In this document: positions 55,968-64,000 of the stretch, one piece after another
Layout: each line of letters opens with the position of its first letter
Position numbering within the stretch: position 1 is the stretch's first letter
Assembly: GCA_035574255.1 (NCBI GenBank)
Contig: DATLYZ010000011.1
Location: forward strand, 2,080-66,079
Direction of reading: 5' to 3'
DNA length: 64,000 nt
DNA from: Gemmatimonadales bacterium
GTDB lineage: Bacteria; Gemmatimonadota; Gemmatimonadetes; Gemmatimonadales; GWC2-71-9
The notes under the pieces: generated by a model
The model's input: the letters and a program-made list of their open reading frames with translations, nothing else
The model's database searches: none
What the model was told of the DNA's origin: nothing
Program-made: the position numbers and the translations under genes

Positions 55968-57352
55968 GCCCCCCGCACGAGAAGCCGTACGACTCGGTGC
56001 TCGAGACCATCGGCTGGACGCCGCTCATCCGGCTGGCCCGCGTGGGGCGGGGGATCCGGACTCCGGTCTACGGCAAGGCGGAATACGCCAACCCCGGCGG
56101 CTCGGTGAAGGATCGGATCGGGCTCCGGATCATCGAGGACGCCGAGCGCCGCGGCGAGCTCAAGCCCGGCGGGGTGATCGTCGAAGGCACCAGCGGGAAC
56201 ACGGGGGTCGGGCTGGCGCTGGCCGCGGCACTCAAGGGGTACCGCTGCATCTTCACCATGCCTGACAAGATGTCGCAGGAAAAGGTGCGGCTCCTCAAGG
56301 CCTACGGCGCGGAGGTGGTCATCACGCCCACCGCCGTCCCGCCGGACCACCCCGACAACTACGTCAACAAGGCCCGCCAGATCGTGGCCGAGACGCCGGG
56401 CGCGATCCTCGCCAACCAGTTCTACAATCAGGAAAACCCGGCCGCCCACTACGACACCACGGGCCCCGAGATCTGGACCCAGACCGGCGGCCGGGTGACG
56501 CACTTCGTGGCGGGGGCCGGGACGGGCGGAACGGTGAGCGGCGCCGGGCGGTACCTCAAGGAACGCAACCCGAAGGTCCGGGTGATCGCCGGCGATCCGC
56601 AGGGCTCGCTCTACACCGGCTACGCCAAGACTCGAACCCTGGGCGAGGGCCACCCCTACAAGGTCGAGGGCATCGGAGGGGACAAGATCCCGTCCACCAT
56701 CTGGTTCGACTGGGTGGACGAATTCCGCCAGGTTTCCGACCGCGACGCGTTCACGATGGCGCGGCGGCTCGCGCGGGAGGAGGGGCTGCTGGTGGGCGGT
56801 TCCGCGGGTCTCAACGTCCATCTCGCCCTCGAGGTCGCGCGCGAGGTGGACGACCCGGCTGCCTGCGTCGTCACCATCCTCGCCGACACCGGCGAGCGCT
56901 ACCTCTCCAAGGTCTTCAACGACGAGTGGATGCAGGAAAACCAGCTGCTCGAAGCCCCCCACATCACGGTGGAGGAACTCCTCGAACGCCGCCACAGCCG
57001 GGCCCCGGCGGTGGTGAGCGTCGCTCCCTCCGCCGCCGTCCGCCAGGCGCTCAATCTCATGAACACCTGGGACGTGAGCCAGCTCCCCGTTCTGGACGAC
57101 GGCGAGTCCGTGGGGAGCCTGACCGAAGGGACCCTCATGGCCCGTGCCCTCGAGCATCCCGCACTCCTGGATCGCCCGGTCCGCGAGGTCATGGAGCCTC
57201 CCCTTCCGGTGGTGGAGGCCTCGCTCACCACCGACCGGCTCGCCAGCATTCTCACCCGCGAGAGCCCCGCCGTGCTGGTCCGCAAGGAAGGGAAGCTGGT
57301 GGGCATCGTGAGCCGGTACGACCTGCTCCAGCAGATGATCGGAACTCGGTAA
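55964..57352 (+). CDS. cystathionine beta-synthase-like PLP enzyme with C-terminal CBS (Bateman) pair
   Basis: GTGA overlap with the upstream stop. NPGGSVKDR (PLP Lys), EGTSGNTGVGLA, GAGTGGT, and two CBS-like repeats at the C-terminus (WDVSQLPVLDDGE..., KLVGIVSRYDLL). Confidence 0.9.
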   Translation: MSPPHEKPYDSVLETIGWTPLIRLARVGRGIRTPVYGKAEYANPGGSVKDRIGLRIIEDAERRGELKPGGVIVEGTSGNTGVGLALAAALKGYRCIFTMPDKMSQEKVRLLKAYGAEVVITPTAVPPDHPDNYVNKARQIVAETPGAILANQFYNQENPAAHYDTTGPEIWTQTGGRVTHFVAGAGTGGTVSGAGRYLKERNPKVRVIAGDPQGSLYTGYAKTRTLGEGHPYKVEGIGGDKIPSTIWFDWVDEFRQVSDRDAFTMARRLAREEGLLVGGSAGLNVHLALEVAREVDDPAACVVTILADTGERYLSKVFNDEWMQENQLLEAPHITVEELLERRHSRAPAVVSVAPSAAVRQALNLMNTWDVSQLPVLDDGESVGSLTEGTLMARALEHPALLDRPVREVMEPPLPVVEASLTTDRLASILTRESPAVLVRKEGKLVGIVSRYDLLQQMIGTR

Positions 57353-57494
57353 GTGCCCGGGCCGGCGAGCAGGCAACCGTGATCAGCGAGCAGGGCGGCC
57401 GCCGCGGATCGGCGCCCTCGGCGCGCGGGCCGGCCCGCGCACCGGACCGCCCTCGGCCTGCCTCCCACCTCCGGCGACTCGCGCGCCCCCTCTC

Positions 57495-58499
57495 ATGCGC
57501 ATAGCGGTTCTCACCGGCGGCGCCTCCGCCGAACGGGACGTCTCGCTCGCCACGGCGAAACAGGTGGTCCCGGCGCTCCGGAGCCGGGGGCATGAGGTCG
57601 CTCTCGTGGATACGGTCTTCGGCCCGATCCAGGCCGAGTGCGAGGCCGAGCACCTGGCCGGCCGGGTCGGCACCGAGCCGCCCTCGGTCGAGGAGCTCGA
57701 TCGGCGGGAGGCCGCGTTCCTCCTGGGAACGCTGGGCGACCTGCGCGAGGTCCGTGAGGCGGACGTCGTGTTCCTGGCCCTCCACGGTGGGCGCGGCGAG
57801 GACGGCACGCTCCAGACAATTCTGGAAACGATCGGCGTCTCTTATACGGGGAGCGGCCCCATCGCGAGCGGTGTTGCCATGGACAAGGACCTCTCCAAAC
57901 GGCTCTTCCGCGACGCCGGGGTGCCAACGCCGGACTGGCTCATGGCGCCAGCCTCGCCCACCCAGGCCGGCGGCCAGCTCGGCTGGCCGCTCGTGGTGAA
58001 GCCGTCGAAGCAGGGCTCGACCGTGGGGCTCACCGTGGTCAAACGCCCGGAGGACTACGAACCGGCCCTTCGGCTCGCCTGGGAATACGACGACGAGGTC
58101 ATGATCGAGGCGTTCGTGCCGGGCCGCGAACTCACGGTGGCGGTCCTCGAGGGGGAGGCGTTGCCCGTGGGCGAGATCATTCCCCGCCACGAGATCTTCG
58201 ATTACGAGTGCAAGTACACGCCGGGGATGTCGCAGGAGATCTTTCCCGCCGACCTCCCTGCCCCGATCGCCACGGCGTGCCGGCGGCTCGCCGTGCTGGC
58301 CCACCAGGCGCTCAAGCTCGGGAGCTACTCGCGGGTTGACTTTCGCTTGACACCCGAGGGACAGTTATTCTGTTTAGAGGCGAACACCCTTCCCGGCATG
58401 ACCGCGATGAGTCTGCTCCCCCAGGCGGCTCGGGCCGCGGGCATCGAGTTTGCTGAACTCTGCGAACGGATCTGCCGGAGCGCCCGGCAGCCGGGGTAG
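57495..58499 (+). CDS. ddl: D-alanine--D-alanine ligase
   Basis: MRIAVLTGGASAERDVSL, ALHGGRGEDGTLQ, VVKPSKQGSTVG, CLEANTLPGMT. Confidence 0.95.
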   Translation: MRIAVLTGGASAERDVSLATAKQVVPALRSRGHEVALVDTVFGPIQAECEAEHLAGRVGTEPPSVEELDRREAAFLLGTLGDLREVREADVVFLALHGGRGEDGTLQTILETIGVSYTGSGPIASGVAMDKDLSKRLFRDAGVPTPDWLMAPASPTQAGGQLGWPLVVKPSKQGSTVGLTVVKRPEDYEPALRLAWEYDDEVMIEAFVPGRELTVAVLEGEALPVGEIIPRHEIFDYECKYTPGMSQEIFPADLPAPIATACRRLAVLAHQALKLGSYSRVDFRLTPEGQLFCLEANTLPGMTAMSLLPQAARAAGIEFAELCERICRSARQPG

Positions 58500-58545
58500 C
58501 GGAACAAAGGGGAAGTCGTTCGGGTTTCAGTAGTTGGGTGTTCTC

Positions 58546-59391
58546 ATGGCCTTGACCAGCCCGTCCCTGCCTCGCCTCACGCCTGTGGTCGGCCGTCTCA
58601 TGGCGGTCACGGCCGTGGTGCAGCTGCTGCTTTGGACGGTCCTCACTTCCCCACGGGTTCTCGCCCTGCTCGAGCTCGACCCTGCCGCTGTCTGGGGCCA
58701 GCCGTGGAGCTTCGTCAGCTATCTCTTCGTGCACGTCGGCCTGCTCCACCTCGCCACCAACATGCTGGGGCTTTACATCTTCGGCACGGCGGTCGAGAGC
58801 CGGATGGGCGGGCGGCCGTTCCTTATCTACTACCTCGCCTGCGGGGCGGGCGCGGCGCTCGCGGCCGTGGTGCTCAACGCCCTGACGCCCCAGGGGCCGA
58901 TCGTCGGCGCCTCGGGGGCCGTGCTCGGTGTCGCGGTCGCCTTCGCAATGTTCTGGCCGGATGCCGAGATCATGGTCTTTCCGATCCCGCTGCCGATCAA
59001 GGCCAGGACGCTCGTCCTCGTGCTCGCCGCGCTCGATCTGATCGCCGCTCGGGTCGGAGCGGACAACGTGGCCCACGAGGCGCACCTGGGTGGGATGCTC
59101 TTCGGCTGGCTTTTCCTGAAGGCTCAAGCCCTGAGCCGGCGGCGGCCCCCGGCCGAGTCGCGCGCCGTCGAGCCGGTCGTCATGGCCCGGCAGACGGCCC
59201 GCCGCGAACCGGAGCCCCGAGCGGCCAGCACGCCGCGGCCCGTCCCGCCCCGTGCCGGGTCCGACCCGGTCGCGGCGGAGGTGGATCGGGTTCTGGACAA
59301 GATCAGCGCCTACGGTATCCAGAGCCTCACCGCCGAGGAGCGCCGGTTTCTGGACGAGGTCGCCAAACGCAAGCAGCGAGAGTTGCACTGA
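58546..59391 (+). CDS. rhomboid family intramembrane serine protease
   Basis: HLATNMLGLYIFG, GASGAVLGV (catalytic Ser), HLGGMLFG (catalytic His). Soluble C-terminal tail. Start is ATG 58546 or TTG 58534. Confidence 0.85.
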   Translation: MALTSPSLPRLTPVVGRLMAVTAVVQLLLWTVLTSPRVLALLELDPAAVWGQPWSFVSYLFVHVGLLHLATNMLGLYIFGTAVESRMGGRPFLIYYLACGAGAALAAVVLNALTPQGPIVGASGAVLGVAVAFAMFWPDAEIMVFPIPLPIKARTLVLVLAALDLIAARVGADNVAHEAHLGGMLFGWLFLKAQALSRRRPPAESRAVEPVVMARQTARREPEPRAASTPRPVPPRAGSDPVAAEVDRVLDKISAYGIQSLTAEERRFLDEVAKRKQRELH

Positions 59392-59428
59392 CCGATGCCG
59401 GCCGGCTCCTCCTCGGACCGGCTTGCGA

Positions 59429-59461
59429 CCGGGGGGCAGGCCGCCACCGCCTGCTCCCCGG
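59429..59461 (+). terminator. 13-bp stem (one G-U) / 7-nt loop hairpin followed by TCGCTTTGT, 38 nt after the rhomboid stop
   Basis: CCGGGGGGCAGGC-cgccacc-GCCTGCTCCCCGG, paired by hand. Confidence 0.5.
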
Positions 59462-59515
59462 TCGCTTTGTCGAGCCCTGCGAACAGGCACCGGCGCGCCC
59501 GGCGCGGGGTCGCGT

Positions 59516-59917
59516 CTACCTACCCCGGACCACGAGAAACTGCCGGAGCCGCGGCTTCTCGCCCCCGAGCCCCGGCAGCGTGTCCTGCGCCACGGCGGCC
59601 GTGATCCTGGTGCGGCCGGTTGCGCCGCCGGTGGCGGTGCAGCCCTCAGGCAGTGGCCCGGTGACCCACACGGCGTCTCCGGCGTCCTCGAGCTGCCAGT
59701 CGCTTCGCGTGACGGGTGGCGAGCCGACCGCGATCGTCGGGACGGAATACCCCAGGCAGGTCCCGCTGACAACCACGGTCTTCCCCACCAGCCCCGGCTG
59801 GGTGAGCACGTCCTGGACGGTGACCCGCAAGGGCGACGGCGCCCCGGCCCCCGCCTTGGCGGGCTGGCACCCGCCCAGGAGTCCCAGGGACAGGCCGGCG
59901 GCAAGCGCAGCTCTCAT
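59516..59917 (-). CDS. hypothetical lipoprotein (133 aa), unknown family
   Basis: Lipobox LGLLGGCQPA. ATGA overlap with the upstream C11 gene stop. Composition looks coding. Confidence 0.6.
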   Translation of the reverse strand: MRAALAAGLSLGLLGGCQPAKAGAGAPSPLRVTVQDVLTQPGLVGKTVVVSGTCLGYSVPTIAVGSPPVTRSDWQLEDAGDAVWVTGPLPEGCTATGGATGRTRITAAVAQDTLPGLGGEKPRLRQFLVVRGR

Positions 59918-61586
59918 CGGCCGGCTCCTCTCCGATCGAAGGGCAGATCCCAGAGCCGCGGCGAGCCCGGAGCACGGATCGCGGCGGCGAGCCTGCGGGC
60001 AGTGGCAACCTGGCGCAGCACGGCCATCTGGGCCGGCGTGATCGTTCGAGGCGCTCGCAGCGAGGCGACCCCGGGCACCGGTGACGGCGCGGGCCCGGCC
60101 GGATACGACTGGGTCGCCACGTACTGCAGGTCGGTATAGGCCCCCGCGACGATCTCCCCGATCGTGGGGGTCGGGTCGTCGAGCCAGGAGACCTGCGTGG
60201 AGAGCACGGGGAGGGGGAGCGACTGGTCGCTATAGTACAGGGAGAACGGCCCGGTCTGGTCGTAGCGGTAGGCCAGATCGTAGACCGGCCGGAAATCCTG
60301 CGGGTCCCGCCAGAGATTCGCGAAGATGTCGTAGCTGCCCTGCTCCACGAATCGGTTCGTGAGGTAGCCTTCGAAGTTGACCCCGTCGGCATAGGAGTCG
60401 TTCGACATGGTGCCGTTGGGCGTCACACTCCCGAACGCCGGTATGTAGATGTTGCCGTTCGGCTCGAGGACCCAGAAGTCCACGTCGGCGCCGGCCGGCA
60501 CAGCCTGCGGATCCCAGACCAGGTAGGCCTCGAACCGGGCGTTGCCCTGGTCCACCACCGGCGCCGCGGACTGCCCGCCGACGAAGGCCGTCAGGAACTG
60601 GGTCCACGGCTTGCCCGGGTAGAGCGCCTGGTAGGCCGACAGACTCTGAGGTCCGCTCTGGGCGAAGACGTCCGGCCCGGTGCCACTGGGCAAGACGATG
60701 TGCAGCCCGGTTGCGCGGGAGACGTCCGAGGCCGCCTGCTGTCCAGAAAGTTCACGAGGTCGGTCAGCTCGGGGTAGCTGAACTTCTGGCTCGCCTGCGC
60801 CGCCTGACTGATCGTGGACCCGAGTCCGGGGAGGCCTGCCTGGAGATCGGAGGCGAGCGTCCCGAGCGCGGTCTCGAAGGCCGCCAGGCCGGCGAGGTCG
60901 CCGGGGACCTCCTCCTCCGAGAACACCGCGAAGCCGGCGATCCCGTCCAGCTTGACCAGCGTCTCGTAGCCCGCCATGAGACACATGTCGAAGTCGATCA
61001 CGTCAATCAACCCTGTTCCCGCGAGCGCAGCACGCATCTCGTCCACGGTCATGAGCCCGCTTCCGGCCGAGGTCTCGTCCTGGATGAGGCCGGTGTAGCC
61101 GCCGCCATGGTTCCACAGCACGAGCAGGTATCGCTTGGCCGGATAGTTCTGCCTGGCCCACTGCACGAACGCCCGAAGGGTGTTCGGATCGGTCATGTCC
61201 ACGTTGCCGAGGTCCGTGACCGGACCCCGGTCCGGACCGGTCGTGGCGCTGCCGCCCGGCTGCGTGATCGCGTACCGGAACGTGTTGAAGTTCGGCCGAT
61301 TGAAACAGGCCGCGGTGCACTGGTACTGCTGGAGGACATCCGGGCTGAACTCGGCCTGGGCCACCACCTGGACCCGCGGGTCCACCCCGGCGTCCTCCAT
61401 CTCGTCCAGGTCCACGATCCCCTGCACGGCGAGGCTGTTGTCGGCGGCGATGTACACCATCACGGTCCACTCGGGGAGGCCGCCTCCCCCTCCGCCGCCT
61501 CCACCGCTGTCGCCCGTCGCGCTCCCGCCGCAGGCAGCGCCGAGCAGGATACCGCCGAGGGCTGCTGTCCGGATCACCGTCCGCAT
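59914..61586 (-). pseudogene. clostripain-like C11 cysteine peptidase lipoprotein, reading frame broken by a 1-nt indel near 60740-60760
   Basis: Lipobox ILLGAACGG, then a Gly9 linker. LLVLWNHGGGY (catalytic His) and IDFDMCLMAGYE (catalytic Cys) lie in ORF 60591..61640. That frame degenerates after ELTDLVNFL, while ORF 59914..60984 becomes sensible from QQAASDVSRATGLHIVLPSG onward. Confidence 0.75.
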
Positions 61587-61707
61587 TGCCACCGTCCATC
61601 CCTGCCGATTGCGGTCGCGTGCGAGAGGTCGGGGCCGCACGGGGATCCGCAGCGGCCAGGCGTTCTGCCGGCGCCCGGCGCCACCGCAGTCCGTGCCCGG
61701 CCCCTCG

Positions 61708-62541
61708 TCAAGACCCTGCCGGCTCGATCTGAAGCTCCTGCACCATGCCGTGGGCGACGTGAGGCAACCCGTCGGTGGCGTCAGGCATGAAGCAGAGCAG
61801 CACGTAGGAACCTGGGGTGAAGTCGAACTCCATCACGGCCTCCTGCCCGTGGGCCAGGCCGGACACGCCGCCCAGGAATCGGCCCGGCGGCGGCCCCTGA
61901 AAGGATTGGGCCCAGGTCAGCAGGTCGTGCGCGGTCTTTCCCGGTTCAAGGCGTGCCAGCACCAGCTCGTGCCACTGTCCGGCGTCGTTCACGACCCGGA
62001 GCGTCCGGCGGCCGGGCGTGATCCTCCCCGTGCCGCCGAAGCTGTAATCGTGCAGCCGGTAGGTCACGTCGGCGCGGGCCGGGACGGTGCGCACCGCGCC
62101 TTCGACCGCCGCGGTCCGGAACGAGGCCATCATCCCCTTGGCAAGGTGAGGGACGCCATCGGGGCTCGGGATGATGCAGAGGACCACGTACTCGCCAGGC
62201 GGGAGCACCTGGACGGTCGTGAACCGGTCGCCCGGCTCGACGCCGTTGGGTCCGCCCATCGGCACGGCCCAGTCGGGGAACCGTTCTCCGCCCGCGGCGA
62301 TCGCCGCCTGGAACTCGGCGACGGTCTTGTCCGGCGCGAGTCGCATGAGCTGCACGTGATGGAGTTCGCGACCCTGGTTGACCAGCTCCAAGCGCACGAG
62401 GCCAGCGGGCACCGTGGCCGGTAGCTGGAAACCGTAGTCGTGCGCGGTGATCGTCACCAGCGGAGCCGCGGCACTGCCGCCCCGCATTGTGCAGCCCATG
62501 AGGGCGGCGGCCACGGCCGCCAGCATCGTGCTCCGATTCAT
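61708..62541 (-). CDS. lipoprotein with two tandem cupredoxin-like domains
   Basis: ATG 62541 with GGGAGGA upstream and lipobox AAALMGC. Internal duplication: each half has HDY(G/S)F, a His (ELHHVQL / QWHELVL) and C-x9/10-H-x4-M (VLCIIPSPDGVPHLAKGM / LLCFMPDATDGLPHVAHGM). Confidence 0.7.
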   Translation of the reverse strand: MNRSTMLAAVAAALMGCTMRGGSAAAPLVTITAHDYGFQLPATVPAGLVRLELVNQGRELHHVQLMRLAPDKTVAEFQAAIAAGGERFPDWAVPMGGPNGVEPGDRFTTVQVLPPGEYVVLCIIPSPDGVPHLAKGMMASFRTAAVEGAVRTVPARADVTYRLHDYSFGGTGRITPGRRTLRVVNDAGQWHELVLARLEPGKTAHDLLTWAQSFQGPPPGRFLGGVSGLAHGQEAVMEFDFTPGSYVLLCFMPDATDGLPHVAHGMVQELQIEPAGS

Positions 62542-62576
62542 CGGTGATTCCTCCCTGACGGGGACTGGTGCCTGAC

Positions 62577-63092
62577 TCAGGGCACACTCACGGTGCGGAC
62601 CGAGCGGCATGTGATGGTCGAGCGGACCGGGACGCTGTCCGCTGTGAGGCCCGTGACCCGGATCGCGGCCGTGCCCTCCGCGTTCGGCTCCACCACCTCC
62701 ACCTCCCCTTCGCCGCGCCGTTCCGGGACCCCGGCGCGGGTTTCGATCTCGTGCACGGTGCCGGTGAAGAAATCGCCCAGCACCAGGCCGAGGTAGAACT
62801 GCCGACTCCGGCCGTCGGGCAGCGCCGGCACGATCAGGTGCAGGCTGCGCAACCCGCCGCGGGGGCCGGTCCAGTCCGTGAACTGCACACCCCAGCTCCC
62901 CGACCCCACGAGCCCCCGAAAGCAGGAGTCGAGGTGCGAGGTCCCGTGGTAGTGGCCCGAGCGGGGGCCACCATCCAGCAGGAGGTCCACCGTCGCCGCT
63001 TCCGGCCGGGGGGTTGCCCCGCAGGCAAGGGTGAGTGCCAGGAGCACCAGGATCCCTGCGCTCGCTCGCTTCCGCTCGGTGGCTCGCCCCAT
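62577..63092 (-). CDS. hypothetical lipoprotein (171 aa), unknown family
   Basis: Lipobox LLALTLACGA. 36 nt upstream of the cupredoxin gene on the same strand. Confidence 0.6.
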   Translation of the reverse strand: MGRATERKRASAGILVLLALTLACGATPRPEAATVDLLLDGGPRSGHYHGTSHLDSCFRGLVGSGSWGVQFTDWTGPRGGLRSLHLIVPALPDGRSRQFYLGLVLGDFFTGTVHEIETRAGVPERRGEGEVEVVEPNAEGTAAIRVTGLTADSVPVRSTITCRSVRTVSVP

Positions 63093-63217
63093 GGACCGAT
63101 CTCCGCGCACGGGATCGCTGGGGCGCTTGCTGGCCCCGGGAACGGCGGGTACAATAGGGCCGGTGGATCGCCCGCCGGTGAGTCCCCGATCAACTCCGGA
63201 TCAACTGCTTCAACCGC

Positions 63218-64000
63218 TTGAAACTCAAGACGTTCGGAGGGCTGGCGCTGGTCGTCGAGACCGGACCCGTGAGGGGCGCGGGGACCCAGCGGCGCCGTCT
63301 GGCCTTGCTGGCCCTCTTGGACTGGGCCGGCGACCGGGGGATGACGCGCGAGAAGATCCTGGGCTACCTCTGGCCCGAGAGCGACTCGGAGAAGGCCCGC
63401 CGCATTCTCAACCAGGCCATCTACACGCTACGGCGCGATCTCGGCGCGGACGACCTGTTCACGGGTAGCCACGAGATCCGGCTCAACCCGGAGCGCCTCT
63501 GGAGCGACCGGGGCGAGTTCTGCCAGCGGTACCGGTCGGGCGACCTCGAAGAGGCGGTGGCGCTCTATCAGGGCCCCTACCTCGACGGGTTCTACCTCCC
63601 CGAGGCCCCCGAGTTCGAGCGTTGGACGGAGACGACGCGCGCGACCCTCGCCCAGGAGTATGCCGAGGCGCTCGAACGCCTGGCGCGGGGGGCCGGGGAG
63701 CGTGGGGACCTGCGGGCCGCCGTCGGCTGGTGGCGCAAGCTCGCCAACGCCGAGCCGCTGAGTTCCCGGGTCGCGCTCGGGCTGATGCAGTCGCTCGCGG
63801 CGGCCGGCGACATGGCGGGGGCCCTCCAGTGTTTCCGGGTGCACGAGGAGCTGGTCCGGCAGGAACTCGAGGCCCCCCCCGATCGGGATGTGGTCGCCTT
63901 CGCCGAGGGCCTGCGCCGGGGGCGGGCCCAGCTCACCGGGCGTCCCGCGGGTCGTACGGATCCGGCGCCTCCGTCGGGGCTACCACCTTCGCCGGCTGCT
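63218..64000 (+). CDS. SARP/BTAD-type transcriptional regulator, 5' part only (runs off the window)
   Basis: Not in the ORF track because no stop is reached. Hand translation from TTG 63218 gives MKLKTFGGLALVVETGPVRGAGTQRRRLALLALLDWAGDRGMTREKILGYLWPESDSEKARRILNQAIYTLRRDLG (OmpR-like wHTH), then the BTAD pattern YQGPYLDGFYLPEAPEFERW...PLSSRVALGLMQSLAAAGDMAGALQCFRVHEELVRQELEAPP. An in-frame stop at 63179-63181 bounds the start. Confidence 0.8.
   Translation, partial: MKLKTFGGLALVVETGPVRGAGTQRRRLALLALLDWAGDRGMTREKILGYLWPESDSEKARRILNQAIYTLRRDLGADDLFTGSHEIRLNPERLWSDRGEFCQRYRSGDLEEAVALYQGPYLDGFYLPEAPEFERWTETTRATLAQEYAEALERLARGAGERGDLRAAVGWWRKLANAEPLSSRVALGLMQSLAAAGDMAGALQCFRVHEELVRQELEAPPDRDVVAFAEGLRRGRAQLTGRPAGRTDPAPPSGLPPSPAA

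Overview
High-GC (about 70% by eye) bacterial chromosomal segment, densely packed: about 58 protein genes, one tRNA, no rRNA, no CRISPR array, no transposase or integrase. Housekeeping genes (efp, ahcY, galE, upp, holA, mutS, ddl, tRNA-Phe) are interleaved with several accessory modules. (1) Two c-di-GMP signalling modules: HEAT protein / HD-GYP / hybrid kinase on the minus strand at 2.2-8.7 kb, and hybrid kinase / REC / REC-EAL at 24.4-30.0 kb. (2) A SahR-like ArsR-methyltransferase regulator directly upstream of ahcY, with a palindrome lying on its -10 box. (3) An efflux locus at 32.4-45.2 kb, where two complete tripartite RND systems flank a translationally coupled ArsR + TIGR00725/LOG-like bicistron; AT-rich palindromes there sit on promoter-like hexamers. 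(4) An ECF sigma / anti-sigma pair. (5) Four consecutive lipoprotein genes (unknown, tandem cupredoxin, frameshifted C11 peptidase, unknown) divergent from a SARP/BTAD regulator at the 3' edge. The 5' edge carries a small secreted 4-Cys peptide gene divergent from two tandem mini M48-like metallopeptidases. Two genes look disrupted: an SGNH hydrolase (in-frame TAA plus frameshift) and the C11 peptidase (frameshift). The many long ORFs antisense to these genes are GC-driven shadow ORFs. All functional calls come from motif recognition by eye. No database search or folding computation was possible, and start codons are often uncertain.
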